From positions 2,272,001 through 2,336,000 of the forward strand of contig OY771587.1 in assembly GCA_963674825.1 (NCBI GenBank): 64,000 nt of DNA, written 5' to 3'. Made by a program: the position numbers and the translations under genes. Source of the DNA: Candidatus Cloacimonadales bacterium (GTDB lineage: Bacteria > Cloacimonadota > Cloacimonadia > Cloacimonadales > JAIOQZ01). The stretch's first letter is position 1. The number at the start of each line of letters is the position of its first letter. Positions 20,567 to 31,324 of the stretch are shown piece after piece. Under the pieces are notes generated by a model that saw nothing but the letters and a program-made list of their open reading frames with translations, made no database searches and had not been told where the DNA came from.

Positions 20567-22336
20567 TTAACCGATGGGTTCGGTCATTTTTTCGAGCCAG
20601 GCGGCTTCTTCTTCGTTGAGGTACGGCGTCAGCTTTTCCCGAACGTCCTTATGATATTGGTTCAGCCAGTCTATCTCGTCGCTGCGCATCTGAGCAGGAA
20701 CGATAAGCCGTGTATCGATCGGGCAGACAGCCATTGTCTCGAACCTCAGGTATTCGCCGTCATCGGTTGCTTTCTGGCACATGATGAGGTTTTCGATACG
20801 GATGCCGTAATGCCCTTCGACATAGATACCTGGTTCGTTCGATACGAGCATGCCGGGGGCAAAGGCAATCTTGTCCGATGCCATACTGATACCGATAGGA
20901 CCTTCATGTACGTTGAGGAACATGCCTACACCGTGTCCGGTTCCATGCCCGTATTCTTGGAAGATGTCCCAAACCGGGCCACGAGCGAGGATATCCAGGT
21001 GGATACCTTTCGTTCCCTTGCGGAAAACGGCGCGCGAGAGGTTGATCATACCACGAAGCACGGCTGTGAAACTTCGGCATACTGTGTCATCGACTTCTCC
21101 AAGCGCGAACGTACGCGTGATGTCCGTAGTACCGGTGTCGTATTGACCACCGGAATCGCACAAAAGGATGCCTTTGGGCTCTACTTTCAGTGAGCCTTCG
21201 GGTTTGGGTGAATAGTGTGGTAGCGCTGCGTTAGCGTTGTAACCAACGATAGCATAGAAGCTCGGACCACGGTAGTTTTCCATCGGGCCGCGGAAATCTT
21301 CCAGCTTCTGTTGCAGGCTATATTCGGTCATTTCGATCTTGCCGACATTCTGTTCGACCCAATATTGCCATTTCACCAGCGCTGCGCCATCGAGTATATG
21401 TGTTTTACGAATATTCATTTTCTCGAAATGATTTTTCTCGAGCTTGAGCATCATCGGGATGTTGTATGCGAATTCCGTTTTACAGCGTTCTTTGATGCGA
21501 GTCAGCATACGATGGCTGAATCTGTCTTCGTCGAGCAGGACTGTCCAGCGTTGATCGAGGTCATCGATGTAACGATAGATGGCGTCGTAATCCTGAATCA
21601 GGATGCCATCCAGTTCAATCTTCACGCGCAGATCGAAATCGATTTTCTTCTGATCGATGAAGAGGATTGTCTTGTCCTGCGTGAAAGCAGCGTAGGCATA
21701 GACGACAGGATTATAGGCGATGTCAGCTCCGCGAATATTGAATGTCCAGGCGATATCGTCAAGTGCTGAGACGATGTGGCAATCGACTCGTTTCTCTTGC
21801 ATCTTCTCTTTGATGCGATCGATTTTTCCTTTGCGAGTTTCTCCAGCAAAGCAAGTCTCGTGCTCAATCACCGGGTTATCGGGAATAGCTGGACGATCGG
21901 TCCATATCTCGTCGATAAGGTCGTCGCAAGTGACGATCTCGATTCCCTTGAACTTGTCGACCATTGCCTTGTATTGCGAGATCGGGATGATGTCGCCCGG
22001 AATACCCAGTTTCGAGCCTTCCTTGAAGTTATCAGGAATCCACTTGAAGGTATAGGGCACTCCTGGGAGGCCAGATTTAAAAATATGGATGTTTGTTCCT
22101 TCCAGTTCGCGATCAGCCTGCACATGGTAGCGTGAATCAACCCAGATATAGGCGTTGTCGGGGGTGACGACAACCAGCGACCGTGAGCCTGTAAATCCTG
22201 TAAGCCATGCGTTTTCGCGCCAGCGTTCGGAGACATATTCGCTCAAATGAGGATCGGTGCCCGGCATAAACCAGCCGTCGAGGCCTTTCTCTACCAGAAG
22301 ATTTTGCAGAGCTTTGATTTTTATGTTCGTATCCAT
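20567..22336 (-). CDS. Xaa-Pro aminopeptidase (M24B)
   Basis: DSGGQY...TTDITRT, HGTGHGVG...VHEGP, NEPG, GIRIEN; ATG at 22336 with GGAG RBS. Confidence 0.92.
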   Translation of the reverse strand: MDTNIKIKALQNLLVEKGLDGWFMPGTDPHLSEYVSERWRENAWLTGFTGSRSLVVVTPDNAYIWVDSRYHVQADRELEGTNIHIFKSGLPGVPYTFKWIPDNFKEGSKLGIPGDIIPISQYKAMVDKFKGIEIVTCDDLIDEIWTDRPAIPDNPVIEHETCFAGETRKGKIDRIKEKMQEKRVDCHIVSALDDIAWTFNIRGADIAYNPVVYAYAAFTQDKTILFIDQKKIDFDLRVKIELDGILIQDYDAIYRYIDDLDQRWTVLLDEDRFSHRMLTRIKERCKTEFAYNIPMMLKLEKNHFEKMNIRKTHILDGAALVKWQYWVEQNVGKIEMTEYSLQQKLEDFRGPMENYRGPSFYAIVGYNANAALPHYSPKPEGSLKVEPKGILLCDSGGQYDTGTTDITRTFALGEVDDTVCRSFTAVLRGMINLSRAVFRKGTKGIHLDILARGPVWDIFQEYGHGTGHGVGMFLNVHEGPIGISMASDKIAFAPGMLVSNEPGIYVEGHYGIRIENLIMCQKATDDGEYLRFETMAVCPIDTRLIVPAQMRSDEIDWLNQYHKDVREKLTPYLNEEEAAWLEKMTEPIG

Positions 22337-22679
22337 CTTGCTCCCCTGTAAGATTTTATTTCGTGTATTCCAATAGGTATCATATGCGATCATGGGATAC
22401 CAGTTCACGAGTTTCCGATTGAAAGCTGTGAAACGACGAAATGAACAAACGGAAAAGTGTTCTCAGAGAACAACTTCCGTCACCATAACCGTTTGTATTG
22501 ATAGCGTCTCAAAGCGGATATTTTACTTTCCAAATTCTCTTATCGATTAGAATCGTGCAAGCTTTTTCTTCGGATGTTGTTAGTGGGGTGATGACACCGT
22601 TTTCAGGTGGTTTGAGAAGGTCTCCTGAATAGCCTTCTCGCATGAAATCATCTTCCGTATGTTGATTTCTTCGCCTACT

Positions 22680-22704
22680 GTAGGGGCAGACCACCGTGTC
22701 TGCC
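22680..22704 (+). repeat. GTAG-type REP hairpin, family A
   Basis: GTAGGGGCAGACCACCGTGTCTGCC; homologous to 48371-48396 and 62506-62531. Confidence 0.75.
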
Positions 22705-22853
22705 TTTTCCATATGGAACGCGGACGTCTATGAATTTGTTTGCAAATTCGAATCCCCATGATCGTCCGCATTGTCTTATATCAAACCGACTGGACGTCAG
22801 CGTACCCTAGGCTGTATGTGTCCATCTACGAAGGGCGAACCAGGGGAGGGGGA

Positions 22854-22880
22854 ATGCCAAGCTGGGGCTTGGCGATCCCA
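22854..22880. repeat. REP-like hairpin, family B
   Basis: ATGCCAAGC-TGGG-GCTTGGC-GATCCCA. Confidence 0.65.
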
Positions 22881-22889
22881 GGGAGATAG

Positions 22890-22919
22890 AAAAAGAAACC
22901 CGGGACGTAAATCCCGGGT
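22890..22919 (-). terminator. Intrinsic terminator of the porV operon
   Basis: ACCCGGGA/TCCCGGGT stem followed on the minus strand by a T-rich tract. Confidence 0.75.
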
Positions 22920-22943
22920 CGAAGATGTTGAGAAAAAATCAGA

Positions 22944-23612
22944 TCAAAATCTCCAGCTTGCCACGAATGTCGGGGTCATATCTTCTTTCAGCTCGACACC
23001 CATTTCGATGCGGCGGTTGGTGTTTCGGGCGGTGAAAAGCGAGTTGAGTCCGCTAACCACGTGGTTGAGCACGATTGCTCCCACCATAGCCTGCGCGTAG
23101 TCTTTATTGTGCTGGATATCTTTGTAATGCTTTGTGTAGGTGTTGCGACTGTCGCGGTCATCCCAGCTCCAGGCGAGTTCGTCCGAATAGGCGTGATCCT
23201 GAATGTAATCCTGTTGGGCGTCAGTGTCTCCGGGGTAGAGATTGATCGCGGTACGGCGCACGTTTTCGTTGTAGCCGCCGGCTTCGTAGCCTGAACTATC
23301 ATATTTCGATAGATCATGAAGATAGTCGTTGCCGTAATCACCCGGTTTGATATGAGCATACTCGAGTGCGTATTCGTAGGCGTGTCGTTCGCTGAGGTCG
23401 GATTCTTCCTGGAAATAGTACATGGAGCCCCAAAGGAGGATTTCCGAAGCGATGAAGGCGTAGCCAATCGACTTGCCCTGCGAAAGCTCGCCATATCCCG
23501 GTACGACCAGTGATTTCAAGAACATTACGCCCGGTTTGTGCTGCGCGGATAATCCCAGAGCTATCATGATGATCATGATGAGCAGTACGGCTTTCTTAGA
23601 AGTGGATTGCAT
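22944..23612 (-). CDS. Envelope protein, DUF5683-like paralog 3
   Basis: Signal peptide, KSLVVPGYGE motif, C-terminal FVASWRF. Confidence 0.65.
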   Translation of the reverse strand: MQSTSKKAVLLIMIIMIALGLSAQHKPGVMFLKSLVVPGYGELSQGKSIGYAFIASEILLWGSMYYFQEESDLSERHAYEYALEYAHIKPGDYGNDYLHDLSKYDSSGYEAGGYNENVRRTAINLYPGDTDAQQDYIQDHAYSDELAWSWDDRDSRNTYTKHYKDIQHNKDYAQAMVGAIVLNHVVSGLNSLFTARNTNRRIEMGVELKEDMTPTFVASWRF

Positions 23613-24273
23613 AGTTCAGCCTGATTCCATTGTTTTGTAAGTCCGGTTCGATGGATACGTTCTTCAGCATTCGAACCGCACGATTGTGCTTACGCGCGCT
23701 TGCCGTTGTCGCGATAACAGAGACGACACGATTTAAAATCGCAGCGCCCAGTGCGAAGTTTGAGTAGATTTCCATATCCTGCTTACGGTTACGGCGTTTC
23801 TTGTACTCACTCCATCGCGAATCGTTTTCCCATTGCCATGCTTCTTCCTCGGGGATCAGGTAGTTGCTGAGGTATTCCTGGTAAGCTTCCTGATCGTTGT
23901 TGTAGATCAGATAGTAGTTACGGGCATCGCGGATAACGTCGTCGTTGTATTCCTCGCTGCTGTAGTAGTTCTGGATGCGCTGGTAGTAGTCGTCATCCTG
24001 TCCCTTGGGTACACCGGCGTATGCGTCGGCGTAATCCTGATAGGATTCGATCGCCCAGTCGCGTTCCTGATCCAGGCGAAGATACGCTAACCAGATAATG
24101 ACTTCAGCGCTCAGGAATGCTGCGCCTTTCTGGTAATTGCCCATGTATAAATCTCCAGCGCCAGGTAACACAGCTGAAAGCGCCATTGCTTTCAATACCG
24201 AGACCTTTTCCTGAGCTGCCATGGTGCAGAGAAGCAGGAGAAGCAGAAGCGCGAGAACGGTTTTTCTTATCAT
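23596..24273 (-). CDS. Envelope protein, DUF5683-like paralog 2
   Basis: Signal peptide, AMALSAVLPGAGDLY, C-terminal LNYAIHF. Confidence 0.7.
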   Translation of the reverse strand: MIRKTVLALLLLLLLCTMAAQEKVSVLKAMALSAVLPGAGDLYMGNYQKGAAFLSAEVIIWLAYLRLDQERDWAIESYQDYADAYAGVPKGQDDDYYQRIQNYYSSEEYNDDVIRDARNYYLIYNNDQEAYQEYLSNYLIPEEEAWQWENDSRWSEYKKRRNRKQDMEIYSNFALGAAILNRVVSVIATTASARKHNRAVRMLKNVSIEPDLQNNGIRLNYAIHF

Positions 24274-25193
24274 TAGAATTTCCAGCTTGTCATCAGCATG
24301 GGCGTAATGCGCTCATTGCAGACAACGGGTTGCACGTTGAACTGGAATCTTGGAGCCTGCGAGAGATATTCCACGTTGTAGGCGCGGGTCACGCGGTAGG
24401 CGTCCAGGATCGCGATAACGTGGTTTGCCATGATACCCCAGGTGACGTAATCGGCTCTGTCGTAGCTGTCTTCCGCATCCTGACGCATGTGGATATAATC
24501 TTCACGGAGGTTACTGTACGGTCTGTCGTACTGACCTTCTACCGCAGTACCGTCTGTGGGCTTGTTTCCCAGCCAGGTTCCATCCGAATCGAATTCCCAG
24601 TCGAACGTATTATCGTGTCCGTACTTGGCGTACCAGTCAGTCCAGCCAAATACATACTTGTTGTATTTACCGATATCTTCATAGAAATGCTGGGTGTTTC
24701 CGATGTCCAAGCGGAAATGATTATCGTCGTAAATATCGTTTTCGTCCTGGTTTTTCAGATCGGTCATTGCAGTTTGATAGTACTGGCGATTGTAATTATG
24801 ATTCGCGAAGTCCTCGTAGTCCGATTCCTTGTTGAGGCCTTCATTCTGGTAGTGGGCGTAACCAACCCAGAGGCAAGCTTCGATAACCGGGAAAACGTAG
24901 CCGGTCCAGGATGAGTAATCGGCGTAGATCGAGCCGAAACCGGGAATCACAGCCGACAGCGCCATTGCAAGCGCAGCGGATTTCTTCTGGTAATTTACCT
25001 TGATGATATCCTGGTCGTCCTCTTCATCGATATCTTCGAGCTCGATTGCAGGTTTTTCTTTGGGTTTGGCAGCCTTTGTATCTTCGAGTTTTATTACATC
25101 TTCAGTTTCGGTAGCGTTGAATTCCTCCACTTCCTGCGCCGCAAGGACAAATACACATGTCAGCATCAGCATAATCGCGAGAATTCTTTTCAT
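24273..25193 (-). CDS. Envelope protein, DUF5683-like paralog 1
   Basis: Signal peptide (MKRILAIML, GGAGG RBS), KKSAALAMALSAVIPGFGSIY, C-terminal LMTSWKF. Confidence 0.7.
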   Translation of the reverse strand: MKRILAIMLMLTCVFVLAAQEVEEFNATETEDVIKLEDTKAAKPKEKPAIELEDIDEEDDQDIIKVNYQKKSAALAMALSAVIPGFGSIYADYSSWTGYVFPVIEACLWVGYAHYQNEGLNKESDYEDFANHNYNRQYYQTAMTDLKNQDENDIYDDNHFRLDIGNTQHFYEDIGKYNKYVFGWTDWYAKYGHDNTFDWEFDSDGTWLGNKPTDGTAVEGQYDRPYSNLREDYIHMRQDAEDSYDRADYVTWGIMANHVIAILDAYRVTRAYNVEYLSQAPRFQFNVQPVVCNERITPMLMTSWKF

Positions 25194-25215
25194 TATACGC
25201 CTCCTGGCAAAATTC

Positions 25216-28200
25216 TTATTTTTCGATTCCGAATTTGATCGTTTTGCGATGTCCACCCGATTCAACCTGTCCGAAGTACATGCCTGCGGACATACGTCTT
25301 GTATCGAGCCTTATCGATTCATCCGGTTCATAGTTTCTTTCGAAAACAAGAGAGCCGGCAATGTTGTAGATCTTGAGTTTGATGTTTTCTGTTGCGCCTT
25401 CAACTTTGACACGCATCTGTCCTTGCCGAACCGGATTGGGGTAGGCGATGGCGGAGAAGTGCGTTTCATCCGAAGGATTGTAGGTTATGGTTCCTCGATA
25501 GCATCCCGTTCCAGCGTTACGATAGCCAGCCCACTCGATGGGATTTTCATAGACCTCGTCGATGCTGGCAATGCCGATGCGGCAGGTATCGTCTCTGAAT
25601 TCGCTATAGATGTAGTTCAGACGGGAAAGCTCTTTCTCCCAGTGGAAGAAATCGAAGCCAGATATACCATTCCAGCACAGCGAGTAGTATGGAATGTAGG
25701 TTCCTTCCATGTTTACTGCGTAATATCCGTGATCTTTGGCAGGCATGAGCGCAATCGATTCGCCCTTGAAATCAACCAGAACCGGGTAACCGGTCGGCTG
25801 AAGCGTGAGGTCTTCCAGCTTCAGGGGGAAGCCGTCTGCCATTACGCCTTCGGTGTCGATGGCGAACACATAGTTACCTGCGCCGAAGAATAGATAAACC
25901 TTTCCGTCATCCATCGGTGAGCCGATTGAGAGATTGGTCACGGATGCCGATGTATAGGGATAAATCTCGAATATCTGTGTAAAGGATCCATCTTTGATCT
26001 TATACAGGTTACCTTCGTTTGACATCATGAAAACAGCGCTGCGAGCAACGTTCACGGTGTCCGAGAAGACCACTGGTTCGTAGTCTGTTTCACTGAACGG
26101 CAGCCTGACCTGATCGGTCACGTTGAAATGATCGTGGTAATTGATCATGTTCAGCATGCCACTTTCGAAGGCGTAAATGTACTCCTCGTCCGCGGTAAGC
26201 TTGTCCGTGTTCAGTGCGATCGATTCCGGGGCATCCTGCGTGAACTTGTAGAGGAATTGATCGGTGCTCACGAGGTATGAATCGATACCGTCTTCATCCA
26301 GCGGCATGGGCTTGGAGATGATATCACCAGTAAGCGTGATCGATTGCAGGATTTCGGGTGTCTTGATGACATGGAATGTGTTGCCGGATGGTGCGATGTA
26401 TTCGTCGTAGCCGTCCAGGTCATAGTCGATTGTCAGAGGCGTTTGGGTGACCGTGAAGTCCGTCGGGATCTTGGTGAGAAGATCCTGCCATTCGTCGAGG
26501 CTGCCGCCGTCATGGAGGTGGGAAATAACATTCACGCCATTCCGGGAAAAGACGGGGAACTCTGAAATGGTGGAATTAGGCAGGAAGCTCGACAGTCCAG
26601 CGCCGCCAATCGCGGTGACGGAATCAATTTCGACAAACGGTACATAGCTGGTTTGATCGAAAGCCTGGACCTTGAAACGGAAGCTGACGATTTCCGGAGG
26701 TATGTGGAAAGGTCGGTAATAATGTTCCGAATCAATATCGTAGATGGAGAACATGGACGGTTCGCCGGTGTTTGTCATGAGGGCCGGTTTTGACGTTGCA
26801 GAAAGCTCGTCATTGTACTTCTCGATGTCCCAACCGGTAAAGAAACCATTTATATCGAGCATCGGTTTATACTTGAAGTACGGATCGTAAACAGTGCCCT
26901 GCCAGTAGAGCGAATAGACGTTGCCGATATCTTCGAGGCCATCCGCTTCGATGATATAAACGCCGCGCTCACTGTACCTTGTGTTGACCGTGTTGGCCGT
27001 ATAGTTGCTAACGAATTCACCATCGGATTCGTAGTAGCCTTCGTTATAGATAATCTGATCGTCAACATGCCAGATGATCAATCCACCACCGTAGCTGTTG
27101 TTGTCTCGATCGACCCAGTCCGGTAGCGCGTAATCATATTCGTCTGCCGTGTTGTTGGGGTCGTCATCGCCTGTGGGGTACAGGATAACCTGTGAATCTT
27201 CGCCGTTATCGCCCACGAGCACGGTTGGTCCGTCATCGTCGTGGTTGGTCTGGCGGTTTTCGATCAGGAGATACTCTGTTTCGCTGAGGGGTACTTTTAC
27301 GATGTATGCCTGATTTGACCCGATAGAACCATCGTAACGTTTGCCGGCAGCGATTACCTCGATAGGTTCGCTGAGGTCGAATTCGGTAATGTCTTTCAGG
27401 AGGCCGGCAGCGCGGAATTCCTCTTCCCATACGAGTTCCTTGTGGAACGCGCCTGGAAGCGCCGGGATGCCACCTTCAATCAAATACACGTTATCGAGAA
27501 CACCGTCTTCGTCCTCGTCCGCTCCCATGGTGAGTACGGTCGAGCCGCCGCTGTCCATGATATCCCAGTAGCCAACTGCGGGACGATAGTTATAGGTATT
27601 GTATAGATCGACAAAGCCGAGTGTGTGGCCAAATTCGTGAGCGGTAACGGAGTTTGTGACGCCGTAGCCATCATGGTAAACGAGTCCACCATCGGTGTAG
27701 GTCGATGTATCTTGCGTAATGGTCTCGGGGACGTTGCAGAGATGCTTAATCTCTTTAGCACCGTCATCGACGGAAACTTCTTTACCGTCTCCGATTGTGA
27801 TGAAGAACGACGGTAGATCTCCGGGGGTATTGCCCAGGACATCATGCTGCCAGTCTGCACCCGCATGAATGACCATGTAGTGTCCGTAATCGGAGAACAC
27901 GACATTGGGGTCGGTATCAGCAGTCTGAAGCACGTCGCGGAAGTATTCCTCGAATCTTGACAACATGAGGCTTGAGGATGCTCCAGGTGGATTATAATAG
28001 GTCATCTCGTGCGGCAGCGTATAGAATGTGCCATCCTGAGGATAGATATCGCAATCCAGATCGTAGTAACCCTGGCTGACTTCCTGATAGTAGTACCGCA
28101 CAGATTCCATGACCTTCTCAAAGTATGCATGGTTATGCGGTGGAGCGCCGATTGTCAGCGGGTAATCGGGATCTTCGAGCACGAATGTCCCGTCGCCGGT

Positions 28201-28440
28201 AGTTTGGGGATCATCATCCTGCTGGAACTCCGCGAGGATCACCAGCAGCTTGTTGTTGGCACGTAACGAAGGTTGAGCCTTCTGGATTCCACCGCCCATG
28301 AGCTTCTCAATGGGGTGGACACGGACTTCCTGGTTACGCGCTTTCTTGCCTTGAATGCTGATCCTGCCTTCGTTAGCCGAGAGGCAGGCTACCGACAATA
28401 ATACAGTGATGGCAAGCGCCAGAGAAATTGTGCGACGCAT
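25216..28440 (-). CDS. Secreted M6 (immune inhibitor A-like) metalloprotease with T9SS type A-like C-terminal domain
   Basis: IHAG, HEFGHTLGFVDLY, WDIMDSG, EYLLIENR, GLIIWHVD; C-terminal YPNP...IYNIAG...GMYF. Confidence 0.85.
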   Translation of the reverse strand: MRRTISLALAITVLLSVACLSANEGRISIQGKKARNQEVRVHPIEKLMGGGIQKAQPSLRANNKLLVILAEFQQDDDPQTTGDGTFVLEDPDYPLTIGAPPHNHAYFEKVMESVRYYYQEVSQGYYDLDCDIYPQDGTFYTLPHEMTYYNPPGASSSLMLSRFEEYFRDVLQTADTDPNVVFSDYGHYMVIHAGADWQHDVLGNTPGDLPSFFITIGDGKEVSVDDGAKEIKHLCNVPETITQDTSTYTDGGLVYHDGYGVTNSVTAHEFGHTLGFVDLYNTYNYRPAVGYWDIMDSGGSTVLTMGADEDEDGVLDNVYLIEGGIPALPGAFHKELVWEEEFRAAGLLKDITEFDLSEPIEVIAAGKRYDGSIGSNQAYIVKVPLSETEYLLIENRQTNHDDDGPTVLVGDNGEDSQVILYPTGDDDPNNTADEYDYALPDWVDRDNNSYGGGLIIWHVDDQIIYNEGYYESDGEFVSNYTANTVNTRYSERGVYIIEADGLEDIGNVYSLYWQGTVYDPYFKYKPMLDINGFFTGWDIEKYNDELSATSKPALMTNTGEPSMFSIYDIDSEHYYRPFHIPPEIVSFRFKVQAFDQTSYVPFVEIDSVTAIGGAGLSSFLPNSTISEFPVFSRNGVNVISHLHDGGSLDEWQDLLTKIPTDFTVTQTPLTIDYDLDGYDEYIAPSGNTFHVIKTPEILQSITLTGDIISKPMPLDEDGIDSYLVSTDQFLYKFTQDAPESIALNTDKLTADEEYIYAFESGMLNMINYHDHFNVTDQVRLPFSETDYEPVVFSDTVNVARSAVFMMSNEGNLYKIKDGSFTQIFEIYPYTSASVTNLSIGSPMDDGKVYLFFGAGNYVFAIDTEGVMADGFPLKLEDLTLQPTGYPVLVDFKGESIALMPAKDHGYYAVNMEGTYIPYYSLCWNGISGFDFFHWEKELSRLNYIYSEFRDDTCRIGIASIDEVYENPIEWAGYRNAGTGCYRGTITYNPSDETHFSAIAYPNPVRQGQMRVKVEGATENIKLKIYNIAGSLVFERNYEPDESIRLDTRRMSAGMYFGQVESGGHRKTIKFGIEK

Positions 28441-28448
28441 GGATTCCC

Positions 28449-29546
28449 TTAGAATTCAAGCCGAAGCGAGAAGGTTTTCTGGTAATCCTGCAGTTCACCG
28501 CCCTGTTCCATGGCGAAGTCAACATTGATCTTATAACGACTGCTCCATTCAAAGCCGAGGCCAGCACCGAATGAAGGACCAGTCATTGAGCCGGCTATAT
28601 CCTGATAGTATCCAGCGCGAAGAGCGAGGATATCGTAATAGATGTATTCAACACCATACTTGCGGATGATTTCTTTCATTTCCTGGCTGGATGAGTCGTC
28701 GCTCCAGGCAGAGAACATACGAGTGAGGACATCGTCGTCATTTGCCAGCAGTTTGTTCCATTCCGCGTTGAGGGTGAGTTTGTTGATTTTGGATTCGAGC
28801 AGTCGGTAAGAGAGACCGAAGCACCAGTTCATCGGAAGCGGATCAGCTTGCGATTCGTTGATGTAGGTAATGTCGGGACCGATGTTCTGGAGAACCCATG
28901 CATAATCAAGCTTGGAGAGGTACCACCAGAGGCTCTGCCATTCTGGTTCGCCTTCGCCGTAAGGACGAAGTGTGTGCTTGATACCAACATCGAATGCCCA
29001 GCTGGTTCCCTGACCTTTCTGCTGTTCTTCGGTTTCGCCAGTACCTTCGGGCGCGAGATCGCTATAGATGAATTTCAGCGATGCGCCAAGACCGAGTTGG
29101 TCGTAAAGTTCGTAAGCATAGCTGGGTCCAAGTGCGATTTCATAACTGTGGAATGAACCCAGGTCTTGCTGGTTTTCGTCGGTACGCTGTTGCTTACCGT
29201 AGGTCATATAAACAATATTGAAACCAATATTGCCGAGATCTTCAAAGTACTGGTTCCAGCCGAGGTACATGTGATACATGTCGTCGATGCCTTCGGTATC
29301 GCCAAACCAGTTGGTTGCGTTGACCGCGATCTGTGTTTTACGGTTGAACGCCATTGCGCCAGGATTCCAGAAAGGCGCGTATGCGTCGTCAACCATCGCG
29401 ATGTAGGCTCCGCCCATACCACCGGCTCTCGAGCCGGGTTGAATGAGTAAGAAGATCACTCCCGCTTCTGATACCGCGCTGAGTGCGAGGGGCAGGAAAA
29501 GCGCGATAAGCAATAAGGATATTACTCCCGTCTTTCTTGATATCAT
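28449..29546 (-). CDS. porV: PorV/PorQ family outer membrane beta-barrel
   Basis: FLLIQPGSRAGGMG...FWNPGAM, LQNIGP, LRAGY, C-terminal Phe. Confidence 0.8.
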   Translation of the reverse strand: MISRKTGVISLLLIALFLPLALSAVSEAGVIFLLIQPGSRAGGMGGAYIAMVDDAYAPFWNPGAMAFNRKTQIAVNATNWFGDTEGIDDMYHMYLGWNQYFEDLGNIGFNIVYMTYGKQQRTDENQQDLGSFHSYEIALGPSYAYELYDQLGLGASLKFIYSDLAPEGTGETEEQQKGQGTSWAFDVGIKHTLRPYGEGEPEWQSLWWYLSKLDYAWVLQNIGPDITYINESQADPLPMNWCFGLSYRLLESKINKLTLNAEWNKLLANDDDVLTRMFSAWSDDSSSQEMKEIIRKYGVEYIYYDILALRAGYYQDIAGSMTGPSFGAGLGFEWSSRYKINVDFAMEQGGELQDYQKTFSLRLEF

Positions 29547-29670
29547 TTCTAAACCTCCAGAAAGTATTTGAACCAGAACATTACCTGTGGAAAATCAGGT
29601 GTTTATTTGAGGCAGGCGGAGATAATAAGTTGTAAACAAGAATTTTCGATCGATCCTCCGAAAAAAATTA

Positions 29671-29758
29671 TGGTGCCGAAGGCCGGACTCGAACCGGCAC
29701 GCCGCAAAACGGCGGTGGATTTTGAGTCCACTGCGTCTACCAGTTTCACCACTTCGGC
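29671..29758 (-). tRNA. tRNA-Leu(CAA)
   Basis: GCCGAAG/CTTCGGC acceptor stem, GTGGA-CTCAAAA-TCCAC anticodon arm, long variable arm, GTTCGAG T-loop, encoded CCA. Confidence 0.97.
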
Positions 29759-30126
29759 ATGCATCAGGAAACAGACTCAGAATGCACCGCACTGTGTCAA
29801 GATATTTCTCTGCGATATAGCGTTTCAAATAACGGCTCCACGCAGTTGCCGTCTCTTACTTACTGCCAATGTAACGGAAGCTCTATTCCGATGTTACATC
29901 GCACATGCATTACAGTTTGATAATTGCCTCAAATAATCCGTCAAGGAAATATTTGGTTAATTTGTTTGCGCGCAATCTTGTAGGAAGCATTCACCGCGTG
30001 TTCTCGGTTGTCGATGTTATTGCGCTGAATGTTGATATCGTGCGTTCGACGGGGAAATAGCGGATTTGTCTGAGGGACGATATTCATTTATCTTATTAGT
30101 ATCTGAAATATTGAACGGAAGTGAAG

Positions 30127-31320
30127 ATGAAAGGAGCAAATCCCTGTAAGCTAACAATTCAGGCGTGGATTGAGAGTATCCCGATTGCCACTTTGGCGGT
30201 CATGAGCGAAGGCGCAGTTCTGGCAGTGAATGAACCGGCGGCAATCATGGGTTTTCGTGAGGAAAGCCATATATCAGACTTCCTACCATTCAACCATCCA
30301 TCGTTGATTGAGGCGAGCATGACACAGGCGTTCGATTCGAATGAGCGCGTTGTGATCCAGGTATTCCACGCATTGGATCACCAGGAATACGACATTGCTT
30401 TTTCGCCTTTTAAAAGCGCTGATCTTGAAGTCTGCATCGTTGTAATCACGCGGAGCCACAAGTCCGGAGAGACGATGGAGCGCTTGGAAGCAGGGCATAA
30501 ATTTATCACAATGGGAAGGCTTTCAGCGGGTGTGCTTCATGATATCCGTTCACCGGTGCAATATATCAGCGATAATATTCGCTTCGTACGCGAATCAGTG
30601 TCGGACATTGTTCGTTTTATACAGGCTGTACGAGACTTTGTCTCACAGGACGAAGAGAGCCTTCTGGCGCAACGATTCGCTAAGATTCTGTCGGAAGGCG
30701 ATATCGATTATCTGCTGTCAGAGATACCTCCAGCGCTTGGAGAATCACAGGAAGGGATACGTCAGGTGCGAAACATACTTGACGCAATGAAAAAGTTTTC
30801 ACATCCTGGATTGGATAAAAAAGAAATGGTCAATCTCAACGATACGATCGAAAGCGCGCTAACGATTACTCACAGTGAGTGGAAGAGCGTTGCCGAAATG
30901 AAAACGAATCTCGATCCTGCACTGCCCAAGATTCCTATTTACAGCGATGAGATGAATCAGGTACTTCTCAACCTGATTGTTAATGCTACGCATGCGGTGC
31001 AGGAAAAGAAGGACGTGACTGGCGAAAACGGCATTATCACGATCACGACCAAACACCGCGACCGCGAAGTTGTCCTTTGGGTCAGCGATACTGGCGCAGG
31101 AATGCCCAGATCGATTCTCGCGAAGATCTTTCAGCCTTTTTTCACTACGAAGAAGCCTGGTGACGGAACCGGGCAGGGACTAGCTCTGGTTCACTCCATC
31201 ATCGTGGAAAAGCATGGCGGGACGATCAGCGTACTATCAGAACCGGGGTCGGGAGCGGTTTTCGAGATCCACCTGCCGACAACTGATCTGGATAAGCTCC
31301 AAGATGGCAAAGGAGTATGA
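30127..31320 (+). CDS. Cytoplasmic sensor histidine kinase (NtrB-like)
   Basis: H-box LHDIRSP, NLIVNA, DTGAG, PFFTTK, GTGQGL; start may be 30121. Confidence 0.9.
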   Translation: MKGANPCKLTIQAWIESIPIATLAVMSEGAVLAVNEPAAIMGFREESHISDFLPFNHPSLIEASMTQAFDSNERVVIQVFHALDHQEYDIAFSPFKSADLEVCIVVITRSHKSGETMERLEAGHKFITMGRLSAGVLHDIRSPVQYISDNIRFVRESVSDIVRFIQAVRDFVSQDEESLLAQRFAKILSEGDIDYLLSEIPPALGESQEGIRQVRNILDAMKKFSHPGLDKKEMVNLNDTIESALTITHSEWKSVAEMKTNLDPALPKIPIYSDEMNQVLLNLIVNATHAVQEKKDVTGENGIITITTKHRDREVVLWVSDTGAGMPRSILAKIFQPFFTTKKPGDGTGQGLALVHSIIVEKHGGTISVLSEPGSGAVFEIHLPTTDLDKLQDGKGV

Positions 31321-31324
31321 GGTT

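Noticed and set aside
29568..29936. ORFs across tRNA-Leu, and the tRNA as an island attachment site
   Set aside because: The ORFs overlap a clear tRNA; no integrase or duplicated tRNA 3' end was found.
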